DNA of 64,000 nucleotides from Macrostomum hystrix (Eukaryota; Animalia; Platyhelminthes), in contig CATNEN010000001.1 of the NCBI GenBank assembly GCA_950097015.1, forward strand, positions 11,408,001 through 11,472,000, in the 5' to 3' direction. The position numbers and the translations under genes are program-made. Positions 1-11,187 of the stretch are shown in pieces. The notes beneath the pieces were generated by a model. It saw nothing but the letters and a program-made list of their open reading frames with translations. It did no database searches and was not told the origin of the DNA. The first letter of the stretch is position 1, and each line of letters starts with the position of its first letter.

Positions 1-839
1 AATCATGGCGTAGGTATTGATTTTGGACTCGGTAGGAAGGATAGAACGAAGGAATCACTCGAGCAGAGAGGAAGAGCTTCCCAACCTGGAAAAAAGAGAC
101 AGGAACGAGAAAAAAGACAAGAAGCCGCAGAAACTAGAGACCAGAGGTCAGCGACTGGGTCGCAGAGCGCCCACCTGAAAAATTAGAAATAATTAAAAAA
201 TCATTACTGAATTCCTTTGTGCTGCATTCGCATAACGAATTGGGTCAAAAATGACAAGTTTGTTCGTGCAAGTTGTAAAACCTGCGAAATTAAATATTTG
301 TATGTTTTTGAGATGAATATTGGCTTGACTGCATATCTCGAAAGCTGCTTTTTACATTCTTCCGTCCGATTCTTGATGATCTTCTTTGCCCTGCTGTCAA
401 AGCACAGAGAACTGCATCTGCACTTTTATTCAACTGAGTGTCATTCACAAACTGGTTCACTGTGATCATCTGGCTCACCAAAGCCTCAGGTAAATCCTAC
501 CAATTGTAGTTAGCATTGTATCCCAGAAAAAGGACTCAGGACAAACAGAAAACATTCAACTGATGGATCACATTCAACTAATAGGCAATAGAGAAGCAGT
601 GGGGCCTAGTTTCCATGGTTACCCGACCGAAACAAAATCTAATAGGCTTTTGATAAAGTACTTTTTATTCGAATTTCAAGCCGCTAGGAAGTGGAGCTTC
701 CAGTTCGTCATTTTTATAGAAAAAAGACTCACTCAGTAGAGCTTTGAAGGTTGTGAGCACAGAAGCCAGAGCACATGAGACGATACGCAATTTTCTCGTG
801 ACCATAACTTTAACATTTACCAGTATATCTAAGCTTTGA
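1..839 (+). repeat. Segmental duplication copy A (direct repeat of 13074-13917; likely continues left of the window)
   Basis: Near-identical sequence at an offset of ~13073; ORFs 217..465 and 13290..13538 are nearly identical. Confidence 0.95.
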
Positions 840-1827
840 CGAGGGAAATGGGAGAGAGGACGAGGGAGATGGGAGAGAAGACGAGGGAGATGGGAGAGAG
901 GACGAGGGAGATGGGAGAGAAGACGAGGGAGATGGGAGAGAGGACGAGGGAGATGGGAGAGAGAACGAGGGAGATAGGAGAGAGGACGAGGGAGATGGGA
1001 GAGAGGACGAGGGAAATAGGAGAGAAAACGAGGGAGATGGGAGAGGACGAGGGAGATGGGAGAGTGGACGAGGGAGATGGGAGAGAGGACGAGGGAGATA
1101 GGAGAGAGGACGAGGGAGATGGGAGAGAGGACGAGGGAAATGGGAGAGAAGACGATGGAGATGGGAGAGAAGACGAGGGAGATGGGAGAGAGGACGAGGG
1201 AGATGGGAGAGAGGACGAGGGAGATGGGAGAGAGGACGAGCAAGATGGGAGAGAGGACGAGGGAGATGGGAGAGAGGACGAGCAAGATGGGAGAGAGGAC
1301 GAGCAAGATGGGAAAGAGGACGAGGGAGATGGGAGAGAAGACGAGGGAGATGGTAGAGAGGACGAGGGAGATGGGAGAGTGGACGAGGGAGAAGGGAGAG
1401 AGGACGAGGGAGACGGGAGAGAGGACGAGGGAGATGGTAGAGAGGACGAAGAAGATGGGAGAGAAGACGAGGGAAATGGGAGAGAAAACGAAGGAGATGG
1501 GAGAGGACGAGGGAGATGGGAGAGAGGACGAGGGAGATGGGAGAGAGGACGAGGGAGATGGGAGAGAGGACGAAGAAGATGGGAGAGAGGACGAGGGAGA
1601 TGGGAGAGAGGACGATGGAGATGGGAGAGAAGACGAGCAAGATGGGAGAGAGGACGAGGGAGATGGGAGAGAAGACGAGGGAAATGGGAGAGAAGACGAG
1701 GGAAATGGGAGAGAGGACGATGGAGATGGGAGAGAAGACGAGGGAGATGGGAGAGAAGACGAGGGAGATGGGAGAGAGGACGAGGGAGATGGGAGAGAGG
1801 ACGAGGGAAATGGGAGAGAAGACGAGA
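838..1827. repeat. 21-bp GA-rich minisatellite (gacgagggagatgggagagag)n
   Basis: Direct tandem periodicity; same family as 14229-14970. Confidence 0.95.
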
Positions 1828-1830
1828 ATA

Positions 1831-2132
1831 CCCACACTGCACTGACCCACACTGCACTGACTCACACTGCACTGACCCACACCGCACTGACTCACACTGC
1901 ACTGACTCACACTGCACTGACCCACACTGCACTGACCCACACTGCACTGACCCACACTGCACTGACCCACACTGCACTGACCCACACTGCACTGACCCAC
2001 ACTGCACTGACCCACACTGCACTGACCCACACTGCACTGACCTACACTGCACTGACCCACACTGCACTGACCCACACTGCACTGACCCACACTGCACTGA
2101 CCTACACTGCACTGACCCACACTGCACTGACC
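1831..2132. repeat. 15-bp minisatellite (cccacactgcactga)x20
   Basis: Direct tandem periodicity. Confidence 0.95.
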
Positions 2133-3280
2133 TTCGTATTTAATTGAAGTACAATGTGGACCATTGTTTATGGTAAGCGTATAATAATCATGATCAGTAA
2201 TGAAAGCAGCATTTTTCGCTCAAAAGACAACAAAAGTAGATAAAATATTGATCAAGATAATATATTTAATGGTTTATAAGTAACGAATTCGCAGCATCTG
2301 ACATCACTCATTTACAATGGTGCAGTCGTCAATGTCGGACACAAAATAGAATTCAGAGAGCAGAGCTGATTCAGAGCATTCGTCAAGCTCACAGGTTCGT
2401 TCAAGTTTAAAGCAACATATTTTGCAGGATATGTTTTATTATGCCCATGATATAAAATGAGACTAACGCTAAATTTGGCTTTCATAGCACAACACATTGC
2501 TCAGAGTAAGACTGCTACTCAGCCTCAGCCAACTCACTCTACTCTGATCGGACGTCAGTGCAGTATATTTGTTAATCATTTAAAATAGGCCGAAAAAGTT
2601 CAGAAAAGCAAGAAAAAAGCAGCAAAAGTGCAAGTAAAATATATTCATCGAGCACAAATAACATTCCTGTGCAAAGTGCATTTTACGATAGGTAAAAATT
2701 AATGAAGTAACGTGTTAAATATATAGCAGTTCTCTATTGAGTAGAACTGAACATGCTAAGAACATGAATCACATTCGGTAACTTTTGCTATTTTCCGTCA
2801 CTTTCGGAGTAGTTTGCTATTAGTTCACTTACGTTCTCTTCCAAGAAATTTCTGAAACCTCCCCTAGCTCAGACAGGTGAGACAAGCCTTGCTGCTGCTG
2901 TTGCTGCTAAGGGCTGTCATGCCTTAGCTGACCGGCTAATGTAGAAAAAGTTAAGGCACTGCGGATAAAATTACAGACTGTGAAAATGTTGAAGAGCAAC
3001 GAATAAACAGTGTTTCTGAGCCATTTCAATAAAAATAATTTTACTGGAGACTTCAGTTACCAATGTAAAGAAATGAGAAAGTTTTGCATGTGCTTTACGA
3101 GAATCAAAAGCGGCCAGATCAGCCTGGTCATCAGCAGCCGCTTCAGCGACGAGCTGAATTCAACACCCTGCGGTCTTCTGCATCACAAAATAGTTACATA
3201 ATAGTTTCAGATTCACGAGCACCAAAGACTGCCGCGGCTTCTCTGTCTCCATGGCAAGTGGCAACGCATCAATGTCTCTT

Positions 3281-5540
3281 TCACGGCTCCTCCCACGACT
3301 TCGCAAACCGCTGCAGCTTTGCGCGGACCCAGCCGTCTCTCTGTTGCTCCACCGTCTCCATGGCAACAAGCCGACCGAAGTCAGCTCTGACTGGATGCAG
3401 CCGCGATCTCACCCACAGCCTCCGCTCCTCATCCTCCAAACTCGAGTGACCGACGCTGCAGCTGCGAGTGGAAATTCGCCACCGCTTCTCCCTGACCCAG
3501 CGGATCTTCTCCTCGTCCTGCGTCTCCATGGCGACGCGTATCTCGTCACTGACGGTCTTCATCTGTCGCAGGCTGAACTCCACGTGCTCAACTTGGTCGC
3601 TGTAGTGAGCCAGAGTGAGCAGCTCCTCCAAGTCCGGGTCCTGTGCGAAGTCGATTGCTGTGCGATTGCGGAGCAGCTCAGCCTGGAGACTCCAGCTCAG
3701 GCAGCGGAAGTTCACGTACAGGTGCGAGGAGCGAGGCTGTGACAGTCTGGCTGTGAGCAGAGTCTGCGTGAACTCGGGAAGGAATGGGAATCGAGGCGGA
3801 GTGTCTGCTGGGAGGCAGAACCTCCACGCCCAGTCCGAGTCTGAAGGCAGCCGATAATCTCTGATATCGTCAGGCCTCATTCCACTCTGAACTCTGTGAC
3901 TCTGGAGCTCCATCGCGAGTCTCTCAGCCTCTTCGGAGTCTCCGAACTTCAAATGCGCCATGGCGGTCATGCACAGGGCGGCGCACTTGCACCACCGCAG
4001 CTGATGCAAGAGACTGAGCTGCCTCATCAGGGTGTCTCTGTCTGCAGACTCTGACTGCAGCTCAAGAACACAATGGTGCACCACACTGTACACGTCTGCT
4101 GGCATCTCAAAACTGCTATAATCAGATTCTTGCCTAATCTGAGTGACAGCAAGCGGCGCTGTCAGTGGCAGCAGGGTGAACGGGTGAAAGTAGAAGTTCT
4201 CTGACTGCAGAGGTCTCACGAGTCTCCTCATCTGCTCTACCACTCCGCCGATGTCGCTTCTCAGCTCTCTCAGTCGGTCTCGAACCATCGCCTTCGTGTT
4301 GTCGAAGTCGCCGCCGATTCCAGCGTTCTTGAAGTAGAGCGGAGCGCCGGGCATGAAGAAGTGCGGCATGCACTCATCGGGTGAGCTACTTGAGTCGATG
4401 AACCTCAGCATCATGTCGAGAGACTCCTTCAGCAGTGAGATCAGATTCTGAGACTGCCAAGCTTCAGCATGTGGGTCTGTGCCATGCTTCTCCAGCATGA
4501 AGAAGAGCAGAGTCTTCGCATGGTAGGTCTTGAGTCCAGGTGTGTCCAGAGTGAGTGGCAAATGTCTCTTGAAGATGAACTTGATGATTGAGAACAGCTG
4601 TCCATGGACTGTGCTCAGCTGTCTCATGGCCTGTTTCTCTTGGAAGCTGAAGCTCACTCTGAGCTCATTGGTCTCATTCGGTCTGGTCGCCCTCACCAGG
4701 TGAACAGAAGTGTTGCTGTGTCCAATCAGCTGTTTGACTCTGTCCTCACAGAAGACACTGCAGCACCGGATCGCATGGCACGTGTCCTGAGCAGGCCGCA
4801 CACCGCATGCCTTGGCTGAGACGGCAGGTTGGCTGCCTGCATTGAGTGGTGACCAGTGGAGCAGATTTATGCAAAAATTTATCGATAAGAAATAGGCAGT
4901 TATGTTTAATATCAAGAAATTATAATTATTTCGCTCATGATATATTATAGTTCAAAACTATTATTTAGTCCAAACCAGCTCAAAATAGCTCAAAACCATC
5001 GCTCAAACTGTACATCATAAGGTAGTGGAAAACAATTTGCACTGAAATGTGAACCAGCGGGAAATAATTATAAAAAGGATAAATTTAACAATGAAATACT
5101 AATACACGCTCGTAAAAAGATGAAAAAAATACTTAAAAAAAAAGAATAGCAGGTGTGACTCACCCGACCCCACTGCCACCTGAGCGTGACCCTCCATGAC
5201 CCGCAGCTTCGTGGCAGCTCTACAGTCTTTATAAGGATTCTTCGTTCCATCGCAACCGCCCTCCAGATGCAGCTCTTGCCCTTGAACCAGCACAGTCCAG
5301 TCAATGTCTGAGTCAGCCGCTGTCCTGCCGTTCACTTGCACCAGACTGTTGGCCCAGCCCTCTGCGTAGCTGCCTGTCATCTGCATCTGCGAGTTCTGAG
5401 TGAGGACTCGAGCGACTCCTTGCAGCCAGTCAGCCATTCTCTGCTGACACTTTGCTCTCTCCTGAGTGAATCCCGCCTCGCTGAGCAGTCGGTGCAGTTC
5501 CTCACTGAGCTGCCAGTCCGGCTGTGGGTAGTCTCTGAGC
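3281..5540 (-). other. Mab-21/cGAS-like NTase domain and C-terminal helical region (exons 3-4 of the ANK-cGLR gene)
   Basis: GS motif (TGSYAEG), DxD (DSDID) and a candidate third acidic residue (QDTCHAI), followed by the RxSFSxxE, YHxKT and PHFF motifs of Mab-21 family proteins. Confidence 0.88.
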
Positions 5541-8500
5541 CTGGAATGATGGGGAATTCAGTCACCTGATGGGTTGTACACCTGCACAGACTGGCATCTC
5601 AAGCTGATCAGCTGAGAGTCCAGCTGCTGCTGCATTCAGACTGGCATCTCAAGCTGATCAGCTGAGAGTCCAGCTGCTGCTGCATTCAGACTGGCATCTC
5701 AAGCTGATCAGCTGAGAGTCCAGCTGCTGCTGCATTCAGACTGGCATCTCAAGCTGATCAGCAGAGGGGAATTTCCAATCAGAATGAGAAACTCACTCAG
5801 CGAGACCCGAGTCGGTGCGGAGTCCAGCTGCCTTTTTCTTTTTTCTGCTGCTGGAAAAGGGCGCAGGTTTAGATTAGTTTTACCCCAAACGGTCTGCACG
5901 AGTACAGCAAGGGCAAAAAGCGGGTTAAAATATTTTAGAATATAAAAACGGACTTACTTCGAAGTTCTGTTCTCCAGCAGCCGCAGCACCTGCTGATGTC
6001 CCAGCTGCTCCGCCACCTGCGCGCACGTCTGGCCCCGACTGTCCCGATGACTCGCATCCGCTCCTCTGTCCATCAGAGTCTTGGCTGCTCGCGCGTGACC
6101 CGCCTCACAAGCTCGCGACAGAGCTGTCCGACCCTGACTGTCTTCAGCTCGCACTGACGCACCGAGATCCACCAGCCTCTCGATGAGCTCGTGATGACCT
6201 GCATCAGCTGCCAGCATGAGAGCAGTGGCTCCTGTGCTGTCGGGCACAGCGACATATTCTCTGCTGAAACGCTTGTCATGGAGGAGTGTGAGAGCCAGTG
6301 CGACATGGCCATGGGAGATGGAGACACAGAGCAGCTGTGTGATCTGAGCTGGCTGCATTCGAGACAGAGTCTGGCTGAGAACATCGTTCCTGCCCTCAAT
6401 GGCCATCGAGGCGGTAAAGCTGAGGACTTGGATGGACTGGAAGAGCCACTCGGGCTGAAGTACAAGTTCCTTGACGACATTTTCACGGAGTTGAGAGCAA
6501 GCCACGACTGCACAGACATAACGAAAATCTTGGTCAGCATCTGTCGCCAACAAAAATTTGACCACTTCCAACTGACCATATCTTGCAGCAGATTTCACAA
6601 CCTCCTTGCAGCACTTATCTCTCAGTGTTTGGTCAGTAATTGTCGGTAGCAACAATTCGACCACTCCCCACTGATGATTGATTGCAGCATATTCCGCAGC
6701 CTCCTTGCAGAACTGATCTCTCAGTGTTTGGTCAGCAATTGTCGGCACCAAAAATTTGACCACTTCCAACTGACCTCTGCTTAAAGCAGATTCCGCAGCC
6801 TTCTTGCAGCACTGATCTCTCAGTTTTTGGCCAGCAATTGTCGGCACCAAAAATTGGACCACTTCCAACTGACCATTTCTTGCAGCAGATTCCGCAGCCT
6901 CCTTGCAGCACTGATCTCTCAGTGGTTGTTCAGCAATTGTCGGCACCAAAAATTGGACCACTTCCAACTGACCATTTCTTGCAGCAGATTCCGCAGCCTC
7001 CTTGCAGCACTGATCTCTCAGTGGTTGGTCAGCAATTGTCGGCACCAAAAATTGGACCACTTCCAACTGACCATTTCTTGCAGCATATTCCGCAGCCTCC
7101 TTGCAGCACTGATCTCTCAGTGGTTGGTCAGCAACTATCTGCACCAGAAGCTTCACAATTTCCCAGTGATGGTGATTCGCAGCAAGACGCCAATTCAGTT
7201 CGCACAGTCCATCTCTTCTCCAGCTGTTTTTGATTGAATTTAAGTGATTTCGAACTTCGGTTTTCAGCCCCTGTGCTACAGCTCGCTCAAAGCTGATTTT
7301 CTGTCCCATCTGTCTATTCCTCCATCTGTCGATCCATCCATCTGTCAATGCATTTATCCAATCAAGGATTATCCGGAAATGGTATCTAGTAAGGATGCAG
7401 AACTGATCTCTCAGTTTTTGGCCAGCAATTGTCGGCACCAAAAATTGGACCACTTCCAACTGACCATTTCTTGCAGCAGATTCCGCAGCCTCCTTGCAGC
7501 ACTGATCTCTCAGTGTTTGGTCAGCAATTGTCGGCACCAAAAATTTGACCACTTCCCACTGATGATTGATAGCAGCAGATTCCGCAGCCTCCTTGCAGCA
7601 CTGATCTTTCAGTGTTTGGTCAGCAATTGTCGGCACCAAAAATTTGACCACTCCCCACTGATGATTGATTGCAGCAGATTCCGCAGCCTCCTTGCAGCAC
7701 TTATCTCTCAGTGTTTGGTCAGCAATTGTCGGCACCAAAAATTTGACCACTACCAACTGACCATTTCTTGCAGCAGATTCCGCAGCCTCCTTGCAGCACT
7801 GATATTTCAGTGTTTGGTCAGCAATTGTCGGCACCAAAAATTTGACCACTTCCCACTGATGATTGATAGCAGCAGATTCCGCAGCCTCCTTGCAGCACTG
7901 ATCTTTCAGTGTTTGGTCAGCAATTGTCGGCACCAAAAATTTGACCACTCCCCACTGATGATTGATTGCAGCAGATTCCGCAGCCTCCTTGCAGCACTGA
8001 TCTCTCAGTGTTTGGTCAGCAATTGTCGGCACCAAAAATTTGACCACTTCCCACTGGCCATTGATTGCAGCAGATTTCGCAACCTCCTTGCAGCACTGAT
8101 CTCTCAGTGTTTGGTCAGCAATTGTCGGCACCAAAAATTTGACCACTTCCCACTGGCCATTGATTGCAGCAGATTCCGCAGCCTCCTTGCAGCACTGATC
8201 TCTCAGTGTTTGGTCAGCAATTGTCGGCACCAAAAATTTGACCACTTCCGACTGGCCATTGATTGCAGCAGATTCCGCAACCTCCTTGCAGCACTGATCT
8301 CTCAGTGTTTGGTCAGTAATTGTCGGTAGCAACAATTCGACCACTCCCCACTGATGATTGATTGCAGCATATTCCGCAGCCTCCTTGCAGCACTGATCTC
8401 TCAGTGTTTGATCAGCAATTGTCGGCACCAAAAATTTGACCACTTCCAACTGACCATTTCTTGCAGCAGGTCTCGCAGCCTCCTTGCAGCACTGATCTTT

Positions 8501-10474
8501 CAGTGTTTGGTCAGCAATTGTCGGCACCAAAAATTTGACCACTTCCAACTGACCATTTCTTGCAGCAGATTCCGCAGCCTCCTTGCAGCACTGATCTTTC
8601 AGTGTTTGGTCAGCAATTGTCGGCACCAAAAATCTGACCACTTCCAACTGACCATTTCTTGCAGCAGGTCTCGCAGCCTCCTTGCAGCACTGATCTTTCA
8701 GTGTTTGGTCAGCAATTGTCGGCACCAAAAATTTGACCACTTCCAACTGACCATTTCTTGCAGCAGATTCCGCAGCCTCCTTGCAGCACTGATCTTTCAG
8801 TGTTTGGTCAGCAATTGTCGGCACTAAAAATTTCACCACTTCCCACTGACCATTTCTTGCAGCAGGTCTCGCAGCCTCCTTGCAGCACTGATCTCTCAGT
8901 GTTTGGTCAGCAATTGTCGGCACCAAAAATTTGACCACTTCCAACTGACCATTTCTTGCAGCAGATTCCGCAGCCTCCTTGCAGCACTGATCTTTCAGTG
9001 CTTGGTCAGCAATTGTCGGCACCAAAAATTCGACCACTCCCCACTGATGATTGATTGCAGCATATTCCGCAGCCTGCTTGCAGCACTGATCTTTCAGTGT
9101 TTGGTCAGCAATTGTCGGCACCAAAAATTTGACCACTTCCCACTGATGATTGATAGCAGCAGATTCCGCAGCCTCCTTGCAGCACTGATCTTTCAGTGTT
9201 TGGTCAGCAATTGTCGGCACCAAAAATTTGACCACTTCCCACTGGCCATTGATTGCAGCAGATTCCGCAGCCTCCTTGCAGCACTGATCTCTCAGTGTTT
9301 GGTCAGTAATTGTCGGTAGCAAAAATTCGACCACTCCCCACTGATGATTGATTGCAGCAGATTCCGCAGCCTCCTTGCAGCACTGATCTTTTAGTGTTTG
9401 GTCAGCAATTGTCGGCACCAAAAATTTCACCACTTCCCACTTGCCATTGATTGCAGCAGGTCTCGCAGCCTCCTTGCAGCACTGGTCTTTCAGTGTTTGG
9501 TCAGCAATTGTCGGCACCAAAAATTTGACCACTTCCCACTGACCATTTCTTGCAGCAGGTCTCGCAGCCTCCTTGCAGCACTGATCTTTCAGTGTTTGGT
9601 CAGCAATTGTCGGCACCAAAAATTTGACCACTTCCCACTGACCATTTCTTGCAGCAGGTCTCGCAGCCTCCTTGCAGCACTGATCTTTCAGTGTTTGGTC
9701 AGCAATTGTCGGCACCAAAAATTTGACCACTTCCAACTGACCATTTCTTGCAGCAGGTCTCGCAGCCTCCTTGCAGCACTGATCTTTCAGTGTTTGGTCA
9801 GCAATTGTCGGCACCAAAAATTTGACCACTTCCCACTGACCATTTCTTGCAGCAGGTCTCGCAGCCTCCTTGCAGCACTGATCTTTCAGTGTTTGGTCAG
9901 CAATTGTCGGCACCAAAAATTTGACCACTTCCAACTGACCATTTCTTGCAGCAGATTCCGCAGCCTCCTTGCAGCACTGATCTCTCAGTGTTTGGTCAGC
10001 AATTGTCGGCACCAAAAATTTGACCACTTCCCACTGACCATTTCTTGCAGCAGGTCTCGCAGCCTCCTTGCAGCACTGATCTTTCAGTGTTTGGTCAGCA
10101 ATTGTCGGCACCAAAAATTTGACCACTTCCAACTGACCATTTCTTGCAGCAGATTCCGCAGCCTCCTTGCAGCACTGATCTCTCAGTGGTTGGTCAGCAA
10201 TTGTCGGCACCAAAAATTGGACCAGTTCCAACTGACCATTTCTTGCAGCAGATTCCGCAGCCTCCTTGCAGCACTGATCTCTCAGTGGTTGGTCAGCAAC
10301 TGTCTGCACCAGAAGCTTCACAATTTCCCAGTGACGGTGATACGCAGCAAGAAGCCAATTCAGTTCGCACAGTCTATCTCTTCTCCAGCTGCTTTTGATT
10401 GAATTTAAGTGATTTCGAACTTCGGTTTTCAGCCCCTGTGCTACAGCTCGCTCAAAGCTGATTTTCTGTCCCAT
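3281..10474 (-). CDS. Ankyrin-repeat-array / Mab-21 (cGAS-like, cGLR) nucleotidyltransferase fusion protein, ~2167 aa; exons 10474-5958, 5850-5797, 5540-5164, 4836-3281 (upstream in-frame ATG at 10612 possible)
   Basis: ORF 5954..10612 ends at an AA|GTAAGT donor (phase 2). This joins a ccttttccAG acceptor (5850), a GA|GTGAGT donor (5797, phase 2), a cattccAG acceptor (5540), a G|GTGAGT donor (5164, phase 1) and an aatgcAG acceptor (4836), all without frameshift (6504 nt = 2168 codons). The product has ANK repeats, then LSEELHRLLSEAGFT, GSYAEGW...DSDID, QDTCHAIRC, VHLV...ELRVSFSFQEK, LKTYHAKTLLFFMLE and MPHFFMP, which are Mab-21/cGAS family motifs. Confidence 0.85.
5587..5762. repeat. 50-bp intronic tandem repeat, ~3.5 copies
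   Basis: cagactggcatctcaagctgatcagctgagagtccagctgctgctgcatt repeated at 5587, 5637 and 5687, partial at 5737. Confidence 0.95.
6530..10276 (-). repeat. Coding tandem array of 99-bp (33-aa) ankyrin-type repeats: 29 units, then a duplicated N-cap, then 6 units
   Basis: Consensus QCCKEAAESAARNGQLEVVKFLVPTIADQTLRD, read directly from ORF 5954..10612. The AAxxGxxEVVxFL core is ankyrin-like. Three canonical ANK repeats follow (GATALMLAADAGH, GRTALSRACEAGH, GQTCAQVAEQLGH). Confidence 0.95.
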
Positions 10475-10875
10475 CTGTCTATTCCTCCATCTGTCGATCC
10501 ATCCATCTGTCAATGCATTTATCCAATCAAGGATTATCCGGAAATGGTATCTAGTAAGGATGGATTCAAGGATAAATTTAAGCAACAAAACAAAAAATCC
10601 TGTCAGTTCCATTTGTATGATGCCTTTTAGGAAATTTAAGTGATTTAAGTGAAGTTCGGTTTCCTGCTGGTGCAGCCCCTGTGCTACAGCTCGCTGATTT
10701 TCTGTCCCTTTTGTATGCTGCTTGGAGTTTTTAGAAACCTTCTTGACTTTCTTGATCTCTGAAAGTTTGATAAAATACTAATTGAAAAGGTCATAAAAAT
10801 TATCATTCATTATTATTAGAGTTTGAAATTGTTGGGCTGGGAATTACATAACTAATATTTTTGATGGGATTTCTA

Positions 10876-11187
10876 GCTGTGGATGGGATCAGCTGTGAAT
10901 GGGATCAGCTGTGGATGGGATCAGCTGTGGATGGGATCAGCTGTGGATGGGATCAGCTGTGGATGGGATCAGCTGTGGATGGGATCATCTGTGGATGGGA
11001 TCAGCTGTGGATGGGATCAGCTGTGGATGGGATCAGCTGTGGATGGGATCAGCTGTGGATGGGATCAGCTGTGGATGGGATCAGCTGTGGATGGGATCAG
11101 CTGGGGATGGGATCAGCTGTGGATGGGATCAGCTGTGGATGGGATCGGCTGTGGATGGGATCAGCTGTGGATGGGATCAGCTGTGGA
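10876..11187. repeat. 16-bp minisatellite (gctgtggatgggatca)n upstream of the ANK-cGLR gene
   Basis: Direct tandem periodicity. Confidence 0.95.

Noticed and set aside
217-465. 82-aa ORF conserved at 13290..13538
   Set aside because: Conservation is explained by the recent duplication; non-ATG start and no recognisable domain.
665-2147. Long ORFs in most frames on both strands (MGERTRE..., SSSLPSP...)
   Set aside because: Translations of stop-free 21-bp and 15-bp minisatellites; no splice or domain support.
3245-3535. RFX X-box-like palindromes (gtctccatggcaac and variants)
   Set aside because: They coincide with the repeated VAMET codons of the cGLR tail; there is no promoter context.
5566-5581. 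Possible 16-nt micro-exon (tgcAG|...|GTgact) in the cGLR intron
   Set aside because: It would break the frame and leave a 25-nt intron.
6827-10402. Plus-strand repetitive ORFs (SNCRHQKFDHF...)
   Set aside because: Antisense shadows of the ankyrin array, broken by stops while the minus frame stays open.
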